From the NCBI GenBank assembly GCA_050246755.1, contig JBFWVL010000002.1, positions 160,001 to 224,000 on the forward strand: a stretch of DNA of 64,000 nucleotides. Direction: 5' to 3'. A program made the position numbers and the translations under genes. Each line of letters opens with the position of its first letter. Within the stretch, counting starts at the first letter, position 1. Positions 9,515-18,717 of this stretch are shown here, piece after piece. The notes beneath the pieces were generated by a model that was not told the origin of the DNA, ran no database searches, and was given only the letters and a program-made list of their open reading frames with translations. Origin of the DNA: Bacteriovoracia bacterium (GTDB taxonomy: Bacteria; Bdellovibrionota; UBA1018; CAIPTA01).

Positions 9515-10492
9515 ATGTTGCCGAAGCGGATATTCCTTTTTCTCCTCTTATTTTTTGGAGTATTCGCCGTCGTTGGGGGATTTTACCTGCGCAGCCGCGT
9601 GGAGCCTCTGGTGAAGCAAAAGCTTCAAGAGGCTTGCCCCTCCTGCAAAATAAACTGGGGTAGCTTTTCTTTCGGCCTCCGCGGGGTTTCTTTTCGCGAC
9701 CTCGAATTTGAGTCTCCACCCCGTCAAATCACCCGCTACTCGGCCAAGGTTCGCCGCTTGGATATCGTGGTGAACTGGCGGCAGGCCAAAAAGAAGCTGC
9801 TCGATCTGCGCAGCGTGGCCGTGGACGGCGCCGATATCAAGGTTATGGAAATCGAGGGGCATAATCCACCCGGCCCGGGTCCGCAGGCGCTTTTCGCCAT
9901 TCGCGGCATCACCTTCTCGGATTCCACCTTCACCTACGAAATCCGTGAAAAAGGAAAGTTCGGCCGCGTAAGGCTAGACAAGATCCAAGCTTCGATTTCG
10001 GCGCTCGGCACCTTTCCCGAGCTGAAGGATCAGCCCGTGGTGGGCAAGGCGAAGGCCAGGCTCGAGCAATCGGGGCAGGTCGACCTCGAAGTGGAGGCCC
10101 CGCTTTTCCGCGATATCCCAAAAGTTTTGGTGAAGCTTTCTCTGGCGGACCAGCGGCTGCCCGAGCTGAACGAATATTTCACCCCCATCGACGGGGTGGA
10201 ATTGAGTGGCCGGGTGATCCAGGGGAACGCCTCCGCGGAAGTCGACGGGAAACTCCTGAGCGCCTGGGCCGATATCCGCTACGAAAAATTCGACGTCCGT
10301 TTTTTGCGCACGAAGCAGAGAGGAGGACTAAAAGCCTTTCTCTCTAATATCGTGGCCGACCTAAAGCTGGATCCCAAGAAGGTGACGGCCGACAGTAAAT
10401 CCGTAGGAATCCACCGCCGCCCGTTGGAGTCTATGGTGAGCTTCGTGCTGCGGGGCCTGAAAGAGGCGGCGCTCAAGGTGGCCACGATCTAA
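9515..10492 (+). CDS. DUF748/AsmA-like membrane-anchored periplasmic protein
   Basis: N-terminal TM anchor followed by amphipathic beta-strand-rich sequence typical of the AsmA-like clan. Confidence 0.55.
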   Translation: MLPKRIFLFLLLFFGVFAVVGGFYLRSRVEPLVKQKLQEACPSCKINWGSFSFGLRGVSFRDLEFESPPRQITRYSAKVRRLDIVVNWRQAKKKLLDLRSVAVDGADIKVMEIEGHNPPGPGPQALFAIRGITFSDSTFTYEIREKGKFGRVRLDKIQASISALGTFPELKDQPVVGKAKARLEQSGQVDLEVEAPLFRDIPKVLVKLSLADQRLPELNEYFTPIDGVELSGRVIQGNASAEVDGKLLSAWADIRYEKFDVRFLRTKQRGGLKAFLSNIVADLKLDPKKVTADSKSVGIHRRPLESMVSFVLRGLKEAALKVATI

Positions 10493-10510
10493 GTTCTTTT
10501 ATGATGCGGA

Positions 10511-10539
10511 TTGCCAGGTGGGCCTCGAGCTAGTAATCT
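10511..10539 (+). promoter_or_regulatory. sigma70-type promoter, probably leaderless, for the ABC-F gene
   Basis: TTGCCA-N17-TAATCT, then 6 nt to the ATG with no SD. Confidence 0.65.
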
Positions 10540-10545
10540 CGCCCC

Positions 10546-12177
10546 ATGCTGCAGATCGCGAATATTTCCAAGAATTACGGTTCCAAGGTGCTGTTTAAAA
10601 ATGCCTCATTCCAGGTGAATAGCGGCGAAAAAATCGGCCTCGTGGGCCCCAACGGTGCGGGAAAGACCACGATCTTCCGCATGATCTCGGGTGAGGAATC
10701 CCCCGATGAAGGTGCCGTAGTGAAAACCGGCCGTCCCGTGATCGGCTATTTCTCCCAGAGCACCGGCGAAATGGCGGGCCGTTCCGCCATCGAAGAAGCG
10801 ATGAGCGCCGTGGGCGATATCGAAAAAATCAAAGAGCGTCTTTCCGTGCTGGAGACGCAGTTGTCCGAGCCCCTCGACGACGCCGTGATGGAAAAGGTGC
10901 TCGAGGAATATGGCAACCTCCAGAGTAAGTTCGAGGCCATGGGCGGTTATGATCTCGAGTCGCGTGCGGCCACGATCCTGACCGGTCTCGGAATTGGCCC
11001 TTCGCAGTTCCATTTACCCACCGAGAGCTTCAGCGGCGGTTGGAAGATGCGGATCGCGCTCGCCAAGATTCTCGTGCTCAAGCCCGACCTGCTGCTGATG
11101 GATGAGCCCACCAACCACTTGGACCTCGAGTCCATCGTGTGGCTTGAGGAGTGGATCCAAAATTATGAGGGCGCGCTCCTTATGACCAGCCACGATCGCG
11201 ATTTCATGAACCGCATCGTGAAAAAGATCGTGGAAGTAGACCGCGGCACCATTTCCGCCTTCACCGGAGACTACGATTACTACGAGAAAGAAAAAGCCAT
11301 TCGCCGCGAGCAGCTGGTTGCCTCCGCGAAGCGCCAAGATGATATGCTCGCCAAGGAAGAGGAATTTATCGCCCGTTTTGCGGCCCGGGCCTCGCACGCG
11401 GCCCAGGTGCAGAGCCGGGTGAAGAAATTAGAAAAAATCGATCGTATCGAGGTTCCCACCGAGGAGCGCGCGATCTCCCTCGAGTGGCCCACTCCGCCTC
11501 GCGGCGGCGACGAAGTGGTGAAGCTGGAGAATCTCGGCAAAGTCTGGAAAGACAAAGACGGCAAAGATAATAATGTTTTTTCGGGCGCTTCCGCGATCGT
11601 GCGCCGGCTGGACCGAGTGGCGGTGGTGGGCGTGAACGGAGCCGGAAAATCAACGCTCCTGAAGATCATCACGGGCTATGCGGACGCCACTGAGGGCCGG
11701 GCGGTTCTGGGTTCCGGAGTGAAGCTCGGTTATTTCAGTCAGAATTCCCTCGACGTGCTCGATCCGAAGCGCACCGTGCTCGAGGAGCTCCAGAGCGTGA
11801 ATCCCCATGCTACCCTCGGGTACTTGCGCAATTTGCTGGGAGCTTTTCGCTTTTCGGGCGATGAGGTGGAGAAAAAAATCTCGGTGCTTTCCGGGGGAGA
11901 GAAGAGCCGCGTGGTGCTGGCCACGATTCTCACTCAGGGTCCCAATCTCCTCGTGCTCGACGAACCCACTAACCACTTGGACATCAAATCGCGGGAAGCC
12001 TTGCTCGAAGCCATCATGAAATTTCCCGGTACGCTCATGATGGTAAGCCACGACCGCTACTTCCTGCGCGCCGTGACCACGCGGGTATTCGAAGTGGACA
12101 AGCACCGCCTCCAGGTAACCGACGGAAACTGGGAATATTACCTCCAGAAGCATGCGGGCCGCGTCCCGGGGCGTTGA
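10546..12177 (+). CDS. ABC-F family ATPase (ribosome-associated)
   Basis: Two ABC domains (GPNGAGKT/FSGGWKMR/DEPTNHLD and GVNGAGKS/LSGGEKSR/DEPTNHLD) and no TM segments. Confidence 0.93.
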   Translation: MLQIANISKNYGSKVLFKNASFQVNSGEKIGLVGPNGAGKTTIFRMISGEESPDEGAVVKTGRPVIGYFSQSTGEMAGRSAIEEAMSAVGDIEKIKERLSVLETQLSEPLDDAVMEKVLEEYGNLQSKFEAMGGYDLESRAATILTGLGIGPSQFHLPTESFSGGWKMRIALAKILVLKPDLLLMDEPTNHLDLESIVWLEEWIQNYEGALLMTSHDRDFMNRIVKKIVEVDRGTISAFTGDYDYYEKEKAIRREQLVASAKRQDDMLAKEEEFIARFAARASHAAQVQSRVKKLEKIDRIEVPTEERAISLEWPTPPRGGDEVVKLENLGKVWKDKDGKDNNVFSGASAIVRRLDRVAVVGVNGAGKSTLLKIITGYADATEGRAVLGSGVKLGYFSQNSLDVLDPKRTVLEELQSVNPHATLGYLRNLLGAFRFSGDEVEKKISVLSGGEKSRVVLATILTQGPNLLVLDEPTNHLDIKSREALLEAIMKFPGTLMMVSHDRYFLRAVTTRVFEVDKHRLQVTDGNWEYYLQKHAGRVPGR

Positions 12178-12239
12178 GGCATTTTGCGCCTTACCCAGGG
12201 CTTCTTTTCATTCTATGGTGAGTAGAAAGGGAGATCCGC

Positions 12240-12731
12240 ATGCACGCCATCTTATTATTTCTTTCCGTATTCGCATTTGCCGACCCTAAACCGCTTCATA
12301 TTCCTCTCATGGGAGCGAGTGGGCAATCCATGGGGGAGGCGCTAGTTAGCGAATCTCCCGCCGGGGTAAAAATTGCGGTCACGCTCTCGAACGTTACGCC
12401 GGGAGTGCACGGTTTTCACGTGCACGAGAACGGCGTCTGCACTCCCGTGGATTTTAAATCAGCCGGTGCTCACTTTGCGCCCGCGCATAAGGCGCACGGA
12501 AAAGTGGAAGGCGGCCCTCACGCGGGAGATCTTCCCAATATCACCGTGGGCAAGGACGGGAAGGGTAGGGCGGAGTTCGTGAACAAGAATATCACGCTCA
12601 AGGCCGGGCCGAATTCCCTGCTGAAATCGGGCGGTACCGCGCTCGTACTGCACGCTAAGCCCGATGATCATAAAACCCAGCCCTCCGGAGATTCCGGCGA
12701 CCGCATTGCCTGCGGCGTGATCCTTCCTTAG
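12240..12731 (+). CDS. sodC: Periplasmic Cu/Zn superoxide dismutase
   Basis: Signal peptide; HGFHVH, SAGAHF, AHG, PHAGDLPN, VLHA..DD and GDRIACGVI. Confidence 0.93.
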   Translation: MHAILLFLSVFAFADPKPLHIPLMGASGQSMGEALVSESPAGVKIAVTLSNVTPGVHGFHVHENGVCTPVDFKSAGAHFAPAHKAHGKVEGGPHAGDLPNITVGKDGKGRAEFVNKNITLKAGPNSLLKSGGTALVLHAKPDDHKTQPSGDSGDRIACGVILP

Positions 12732-12768
12732 GCGTTTCGCCGGGCAGAATGCCTCTGCTCCGGCCATA

Positions 12769-12784
12769 GGGTATTCTTTTTGCA
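12769..12784 (+). promoter_or_regulatory. Possible sigma54 promoter
   Basis: GGGTATTCTTTTTGCA has GG-N10-GC spacing, about 37 nt upstream of ATG 12821; the -24 element is imperfect. Confidence 0.35.
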
Positions 12785-12820
12785 TCGTTGTTCCCGGGAA
12801 AAACTAACCGAGGAGCATTC

Positions 12821-13315
12821 ATGAACAAAGACGTAAGCAAATTATTTGAGCTCATCCGCGAAACCAAGATCTGCATGCTCACCACGCAGGACGCAGAGGG
12901 AAACCTACGCAGCCGGCCGATGGCCAACCAAGCCGAGTTTCCCGACGAGAATCTCTGGTTCTTCACCGACAAAGATTCCCCGAAAGTAAAGGAGATCGAT
13001 GGGGCGGCCGCCGTGAACCTGAGTTACGGAGAACCCGGCAAGAATCACTACGTGTCTGTTTCCGGCCACGCTTCTTTAGTGAAGGATCGCGAGCTGATGA
13101 AGAAATTCTGGAAGCCTATTTATAAAGCTTGGTTCCCGGAGGGACTCGACGATCCCTCGATTTCGCTTTTAAAAGTGACGATCGATAAGGCGGAATATTG
13201 GGATTCGCCGTCGAGCATCGCCGTGCAGCTGATCGGTTTCACCAAGGCGATTCTCACGGGGAAACGGTATGCTCCCAAAGACGGGCACAAAAAAATTGAT
13301 TCCGTGATGCACTAA
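12821..13315 (+). CDS. General stress protein 26 / pyridoxamine 5'-phosphate oxidase-like FMN-binding protein
   Basis: CMLTT...LRSRPM, LWFFT, YVSVSG.A, WFPEG.DDP and AEYWD; GAGGAG SD. Confidence 0.88.
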   Translation: MNKDVSKLFELIRETKICMLTTQDAEGNLRSRPMANQAEFPDENLWFFTDKDSPKVKEIDGAAAVNLSYGEPGKNHYVSVSGHASLVKDRELMKKFWKPIYKAWFPEGLDDPSISLLKVTIDKAEYWDSPSSIAVQLIGFTKAILTGKRYAPKDGHKKIDSVMH

Positions 13316-13324
13316 ATTCCCGAA

Positions 13325-13687
13325 CTAAGGAATGGCTTTGCGACACTCGAGACGGTGCACGGTCACGCCATTTACTTGCGACAAGCTATAGCGGCCTTGC
13401 CCGTCGAGCCGGCCTTTGGAAACCGTGCCGCTGGTATAGCCGGGGGCGGCGGTGATCTGCACGAGGAGATCGGAGGAATTGTCTTCCACCACGGAGAAAA
13501 ATTTACCTTGGAGCTCCGCTTCGAAACGAGTGGCGCCCGCGCCCGCGAACGTAACTTTTAGGTCTACGCTTTCTTCGGAGCCCTTTTGGTTTTCGTCGAG
13601 CGTGCGATAGATGGCCCGGCAATTCAGCTCTGATGGCTGAAAAGCGGCAATACCTAAAGAAGCGAGTACGAGGCTAAGTAAGTGCAT
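13325..13687 (-). CDS. Secreted hypothetical protein
   Basis: Signal-peptide-like N-terminus, GGGGA SD, two Cys and beta-rich sequence. Confidence 0.65.
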   Translation of the reverse strand: MHLLSLVLASLGIAAFQPSELNCRAIYRTLDENQKGSEESVDLKVTFAGAGATRFEAELQGKFFSVVEDNSSDLLVQITAAPGYTSGTVSKGRLDGQGRYSLSQVNGVTVHRLECRKAIP

Positions 13688-13750
13688 AGTTCATTCCCCT
13701 AAACAGATGGAAAATCCCACACTTGACCAATCGTGTCAAAGGCTTTATGG

Positions 13751-16700
13751 CTAAAGTTCCACTTCTTTGTGAGGCCGTTCGAGCTTGGAAAGCGCGAGGT
13801 AGAGGGCCGGAACCACGAAAAGCGTGAGGATCGTGGACACAATCGTGCCCCCAATGATGGCTAAACCCATAGGAGAGCGGGCTTCGTGGCCCAAGCCGTG
13901 ACCAAACGCCAGAGGGCCGGCCGCCGCCACGGTAGCCACGGAGGTCATGAGCACGGGGCGAAGCCGTACAGGGCAGGCCTGAAGCAGGGCCTCGATAGGG
14001 GTATGGGCGAGTTTCTTCTCCCGCATCTGGTTGGTAAATTCCACGAGCAAGATGGAGTTCTTTTTTGCGATTCCCATCAAAACGATGAGGCCGATAAAAC
14101 TGAAAAGATTAAGCGAGTTTTGCGTGATCCAGAGAGTAAGAAGGGCCCCCGTAACGCTGAAGGGAAGGGCAATCAGCACCGAAACGGGGTGGATGAAGGA
14201 ATTAAATTGTACGGCCAGGATGAGGTAGGCCACGAGGATTCCCACCATTAGGGCCGTGCCGAGGCTGCCGAAAGCTTCTCCGAAGCCAGCCGCGGCGCCC
14301 TCAAAGGAGAAGGCATAGCCGGTAGGTAGAAGTTCTTTGGCGATGGTCTCGGCCCGCTCGAGCACGGCGGACTGGGACTGCCCCGGCGCCAAGTTTCCGT
14401 AGATGGAAATTGATCGCTGGCGGTTCACGCGGTTGATAGACTGGGAAACCGAAGCCTCTTCCACCTTCACGAGCTCCGAAAGTGGCACGAGGTTGCCCGC
14501 GATATTGCGCACGAAAAGTTTGGTGATGTCTTCGGCGCCGTGAATCAGCTCGTCGTGGATCTTGAAACGAATATCGTAGCGGCGCCCATCGGTGGTGTAT
14601 TGCCCCTGGCGCAAGCCGCCTACGGCCGCGGAGAGCACACCGCCTACGTCGGCGGCGCTCACGCCTCTGGCGGCCATAGCGTCGCGGGAGGGAGTAATGC
14701 GGAGTTCCGGTATACCTTCCTTATAATCTTGGTCCAGGTCCACGGCGAGCTTCTCGGTCTCGAGGCGTTTCACTATCTCGATCGCGGTTTTATTGAGCAG
14801 GCTGAGGTCTGGCCCGCGGATATTGAAAGCTACCGGATTTTGCCGCCCGGAAGCGAGGTTGCGCGCGGAAGGATCGCGCATCGTTACGCGCACGCCTTTG
14901 ATCTCGCGAAATTTAGGGCGTAGTGCGTTCATGATCTCGGTATGCGAGCGGTCCCGTTTATCCCGGGGCAATAGTTTCAGCGGCATGAAGATGGAGTTCA
15001 CGCCGCCGGCGGGGCCCCCGCCGCCGATGGAAACAAAGAAGCTCTCCACTTCTGGCTCATTTTTCATCATGGCTTCGAGCTCACGCGCGATTTGATCGGT
15101 GAATTCCAGGGAGCTGCCGGTAGGGGTCTGGGCCGTTACGAGGATCAAGTCCTGATCCTGGGAGGGCACGAATTCCTGCCGTACTTTCTTCACGAGCAGG
15201 AGTGAAACGAAGAAGATTCCGATCGAGATTCCGAGCACGAGCCATTTAAAGCGAAGGGTGGGCTGCAGCAAGCGGCGATAGCCGCTGGCCAGGCGCTCGA
15301 AGAGGTGATCGAGGTATTTTTCGAAACGGGAGATTTTAGGTTCCGCGCCGAGGAAGGCGGCGGTGCGCATCGGCGTGATGGTAACGGCTTCCAGCAGGGA
15401 GAGCAGCACCGCGGCCGACATCGTGATCCCGAACTGGAAGAAAAATTTTCCGACAATCCCCTTCATGAAAATCACCGGCAAAAATACCGCGACTACGGCG
15501 AGGGTGGCCGCCATGGCGGCGGGCAGAACTTCCTTGGCGCCGTGGGAAGAGGCCTTCGAGGAATTTTTGCCCATATGATAATGACGCATAATGTTCTCGA
15601 GCAGCATGATGGCGTCGTCGACCACGATTGAGATCGCGAGCGTGAGCGCCAGCAGAGTAAAGAGATTCAGCGTGAAGCCCGCAAAGTAAACGATCGTGAA
15701 GGTGCCTACGATCGAAGTGGGGATGGAGAAAAGAATATTCACGGCGGCCTGGAAGCTGCCGAGGAAGAGAAAGCAAATCACGATCGTGATCAAGGCCGCT
15801 ACCCAAAGCTTCTCGATCGTGAGATCCACGGTGGCTTCGGTGGAACGGGTGAAATCCACGTTCACCTGATAGTCGTAGCCTTTCGGAAAACTGGATTTCA
15901 GCTCCGCTAATTTCGCGCGCACGGCTTTCGCTACGGTCACTTCGTTGGTACCGCGCTGCTTTTTGATGGAAATATTCACGGCCTGCTTGCCGTTCACACG
16001 GGAGAGCCGGCGGATATCGGAAAGGCCGTCTTCCACGTCGGCCACGTCTTTTATTCGGATCGTCTTGTTATGAATGATTCCGCCGCCGCGACGGATGATT
16101 TGGATATCGCCCACTTGGTCGACGTTCGTGGCTTCGCCCATCCAGCGCACGCGCAATTCACGCCGGCCTTCCGTGATCTGCCCCGCGGTGCTCTCTATGT
16201 GCTGGGTGCGGAGCGCATCGATCACGTCGGAAATGGCGAGATAGTTCGCGGCGAGAGCGTCGGGCTTGAGCCAGATGCGCAGATTGCGGTCACTGAATCC
16301 CTGGATACTCACCTCGCCCACGCCGGGCAGGAAGCGCAGCTGATCGAGAAAGAAAACGTCGAGCCAGCCGAGCATTTCCTTTAAATTGTCGGTGCCGAAG
16401 ATAGAAATATAGAGAATAGGATCGTCGTCGGGATTTTGCTTGCGGATCACCGGCGGGTCCACGCCTTCGGGCAAGCGCAGCTGGCTGATGGCGGACTGCG
16501 CCTCCTGAAGGGCCACATCCACGTTGCGGTTAATGTCGAACTCAAGATTCACGCGCCCCGATCCTTGGCTGGCGGTGGCGCGCATCTCTTTAATGCCTTC
16601 GATTGAGAGTAACTTGGCTTCGATGGGATCGATTAGGTCGGACTCCACTACCGCCGGAGCCGCACCGTCGTAGGCCACCGAAATGCTCAGCACGGGAAAA

Positions 16701-16822
16701 TCCACGTCAGGCATCTGGCTGATCCCGAGGCGCATCATCGAGATCGCCCCAAACACAATGAGGGCGAACATAAGAACCCAGGCGAATACCGGGCGGCGGA
16801 TCGAGTGGTCAATTAAGTTCAT
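13751..16822 (-). CDS. RND permease (AcrB/AcrD/AcrF family)
   Basis: 1023 aa; SIRRPVFA N-terminus, proton-relay motifs VVDDAI and AKKNSIL, RLRPVLMTS. Confidence 0.95.
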   Translation of the reverse strand: MNLIDHSIRRPVFAWVLMFALIVFGAISMMRLGISQMPDVDFPVLSISVAYDGAAPAVVESDLIDPIEAKLLSIEGIKEMRATASQGSGRVNLEFDINRNVDVALQEAQSAISQLRLPEGVDPPVIRKQNPDDDPILYISIFGTDNLKEMLGWLDVFFLDQLRFLPGVGEVSIQGFSDRNLRIWLKPDALAANYLAISDVIDALRTQHIESTAGQITEGRRELRVRWMGEATNVDQVGDIQIIRRGGGIIHNKTIRIKDVADVEDGLSDIRRLSRVNGKQAVNISIKKQRGTNEVTVAKAVRAKLAELKSSFPKGYDYQVNVDFTRSTEATVDLTIEKLWVAALITIVICFLFLGSFQAAVNILFSIPTSIVGTFTIVYFAGFTLNLFTLLALTLAISIVVDDAIMLLENIMRHYHMGKNSSKASSHGAKEVLPAAMAATLAVVAVFLPVIFMKGIVGKFFFQFGITMSAAVLLSLLEAVTITPMRTAAFLGAEPKISRFEKYLDHLFERLASGYRRLLQPTLRFKWLVLGISIGIFFVSLLLVKKVRQEFVPSQDQDLILVTAQTPTGSSLEFTDQIARELEAMMKNEPEVESFFVSIGGGGPAGGVNSIFMPLKLLPRDKRDRSHTEIMNALRPKFREIKGVRVTMRDPSARNLASGRQNPVAFNIRGPDLSLLNKTAIEIVKRLETEKLAVDLDQDYKEGIPELRITPSRDAMAARGVSAADVGGVLSAAVGGLRQGQYTTDGRRYDIRFKIHDELIHGAEDITKLFVRNIAGNLVPLSELVKVEEASVSQSINRVNRQRSISIYGNLAPGQSQSAVLERAETIAKELLPTGYAFSFEGAAAGFGEAFGSLGTALMVGILVAYLILAVQFNSFIHPVSVLIALPFSVTGALLTLWITQNSLNLFSFIGLIVLMGIAKKNSILLVEFTNQMREKKLAHTPIEALLQACPVRLRPVLMTSVATVAAAGPLAFGHGLGHEARSPMGLAIIGGTIVSTILTLFVVPALYLALSKLERPHKEVEL

Positions 16823-16951
16823 CTAGGGAAAAAGCGTAGCAGATATGAAAACGATGTCGAGGCCTCAAACCTGCCAAACTCTATCATTTTATGGCAGTTC
16901 CGCCGCGCCGGGCGATGACAGCCCGGTTTCTTCGTCTTAGTATTTCGCCAA

Positions 16952-18058
16952 ATGGATTATTCGCCCAAACTTGGATTCCGCAACCGCCTGCTCGCGTTTT
17001 ATGAAAAACACGAAACCCGTATCGATATGGCCTTCTTTCTCGGGGGCTTTCTCCTCGACGTGAGCATGCTCCCCGAGATCGACGATTTTTTCGGGATTAT
17101 TCAGCAAGTAGGTTACCTCGCCGTGGTGGCCGCCATTCTTTTCGGTGAGCTTCTGCTCGAAGCCCGCGCCCGCGATTTGCCAAAGTGGTTTACCCGCGCA
17201 TGGGAATACCGCTCCATCGCCGTGCATTTTTCTTTAGGTGCGCTCCTTAATCTCTATTCACTCTTTTTTCTCAAGAGCGCATCCTTCTTTTCGTCCGCCG
17301 CGTTCGTGATTCTTTTGCTGGTGATCGTGCTGGCAAACGAATCGAAAGCCGTGAAACGGCAGGGCGTGGACGTGAAGATGGGGCTTTTCTTGCTCTGCCT
17401 TTTCTGTTCCTTCTCGATTCTCTTTCCGCTGCTGCTCGGCCACGTGGGCTGGCTCCCGTTCTTTCTCGCGCTTTTCTCCACCACTGTTTTTTTATTCGCG
17501 GGGAAACGCTACCTGAAGGGGAAAGTGCCTGCGCAATGGATCCAGCGCCGCTTGCTCATGCCGGGGGCAGCCGTGATCGTGGCGGTTTTTCTGCTCTATC
17601 AGTTTAAGCTGATCCCGCCCGTGCCGCTTTCGGTGAAGAAAATGGGCGTCTACCACGGACTCGAGAAGAAAGACGGGAAGTTCCTGCTCCAGCACGAGCG
17701 GCCTTGGTGGAAATTCTGGCGTTCCGGCGACCAGGATTTTTACGCCGCGCCCGGCGACCGGATCTATTTCTTCGCCACGATTTATTCGCCCGCCCGCTTC
17801 GATGATACCGTGACGCTCCACTGGTGGCAGAAGGACGCGCGCGGCAATTGGATGAGCACCGACCAAATTCCGATGCGGATTGCGGGCGGACGGAGAGAGG
17901 GCTTTCGCGGATTCTCGGTGAAGCAGAATTATACGCTAGGGGACTGGTGCGTGGCGGTGGAGACCACCGACGGGCGCGAGATCGGAAGAATGTATTTTAC
18001 GGTTTCGGCCGCCGAGCAGCCTCTGCCGGGACGCGTCTGGCAGATCGAGGAAAATTAA
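16952..18058 (+). CDS. Multi-TM protein with C-terminal DUF2914-like domain
   Basis: About 7 TM helices, then IPPVPLS, I.GGR.EGFRGFSVKQN and G.W.V.VETTDGREIGR. Confidence 0.75.
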   Translation: MDYSPKLGFRNRLLAFYEKHETRIDMAFFLGGFLLDVSMLPEIDDFFGIIQQVGYLAVVAAILFGELLLEARARDLPKWFTRAWEYRSIAVHFSLGALLNLYSLFFLKSASFFSSAAFVILLLVIVLANESKAVKRQGVDVKMGLFLLCLFCSFSILFPLLLGHVGWLPFFLALFSTTVFLFAGKRYLKGKVPAQWIQRRLLMPGAAVIVAVFLLYQFKLIPPVPLSVKKMGVYHGLEKKDGKFLLQHERPWWKFWRSGDQDFYAAPGDRIYFFATIYSPARFDDTVTLHWWQKDARGNWMSTDQIPMRIAGGRREGFRGFSVKQNYTLGDWCVAVETTDGREIGRMYFTVSAAEQPLPGRVWQIEEN

Positions 18059-18375
18059 TATTTCTCGCCCTGGCCGTCTTCGCCGGCATCACCCTCGATC
18101 TCGGGGGCTTCGTTCATTTTCCTAAGGTCTGCCTTGCGGTCGCGTTCCTCTTGGTCGTATTCCGCCTGCGACTTCGATCCGTCGCGATGCTCGCTTTCAC
18201 TATCGCCAAGAAAATCTCCGCGATTTCCCTTTTCGGGAGCTCCGTCGCCCGGGCAGCTCACTTTATAGCCCTGTTTCTGCATCCCTTGGCAGGAGAAGCC
18301 CCTCACGTCCTTTGCATTAGCCGTGAGAGGGAAGGTGATGGCGGCAATCAATAGAATAAGCGTGGTGTAGGTCAT
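18055..18375 (-). CDS. Small secreted acidic hypothetical protein
   Basis: Signal peptide ending ANA; a Cys pair; low-complexity D/E/G tail. Confidence 0.6.
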   Translation of the reverse strand: MTYTTLILLIAAITFPLTANAKDVRGFSCQGMQKQGYKVSCPGDGAPEKGNRGDFLGDSESEHRDGSKSQAEYDQEERDRKADLRKMNEAPEIEGDAGEDGQGEKY

Positions 18376-18378
18376 GAT

Positions 18379-18633
18379 TCACTCACGTTCGCAGTCTTCA
18401 CCTTTGCAGTGGTGATTTCCTTCGTTTTCATCCGCCTCATCCGGAACTTCGCTGGGCTGGCCGTAGCCGTCGCCATTCAGGAGCTTTCTTTCTGCTTGGG
18501 AAGATCCTTCATTGGTGAGAGGACGGTCCAATCCATCATCGGGAGTGGAGGTTCTTTCAGCGCTATGCGCGGCAAACGCGGGCGGCGTGGCGGCGCATAG
18601 TGCTAGGCCCAAAATTAGAGTGATTTTCATCAT
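18379..18633 (-). CDS. Small secreted acidic hypothetical protein
   Basis: Signal peptide ending AFA; C-terminal CKGEDC; 3-nt gap to the next gene. Confidence 0.6.
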   Translation of the reverse strand: MMKITLILGLALCAATPPAFAAHSAERTSTPDDGLDRPLTNEGSSQAERKLLNGDGYGQPSEVPDEADENEGNHHCKGEDCERE

Positions 18634-18639
18634 AGCCAC

Positions 18640-18667
18640 GTATCGGCAATACCCGAGAAAAACTTGA
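18640..18667 (-). promoter_or_regulatory. sigma28 (FliA)-type promoter
   Basis: Minus strand reads TCAAGTTT-N12-GCCGATAC versus consensus TAAAGTTT-N11-GCCGATAA; 6 nt to ATG 18633. Confidence 0.65.
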
Positions 18668-18708
18668 ATCCAGGTATTGATTCGAAGATCGAAACTGTAG
18701 TATTCGAT
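18666..18708. promoter_or_regulatory. Two dyad repeats, candidate LysR operator sites
   Basis: GAATC-N8-GATTC (18666-18683) and ATCGAA-N9-TTCGAT (18688-18708) in the divergent region upstream of the LysR gene. Confidence 0.4.
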
Positions 18709-18717
18709 TGTTTCCTT

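Noticed and set aside
16871-16927. Dyads CTGCCA-N15-TGGCAG and CCGGGC-N7-GCCCGG between the RND and DUF2914 genes
   Set aside because: Only 6-bp arms and no adjacent regulator; insufficient to call an operator or terminator.
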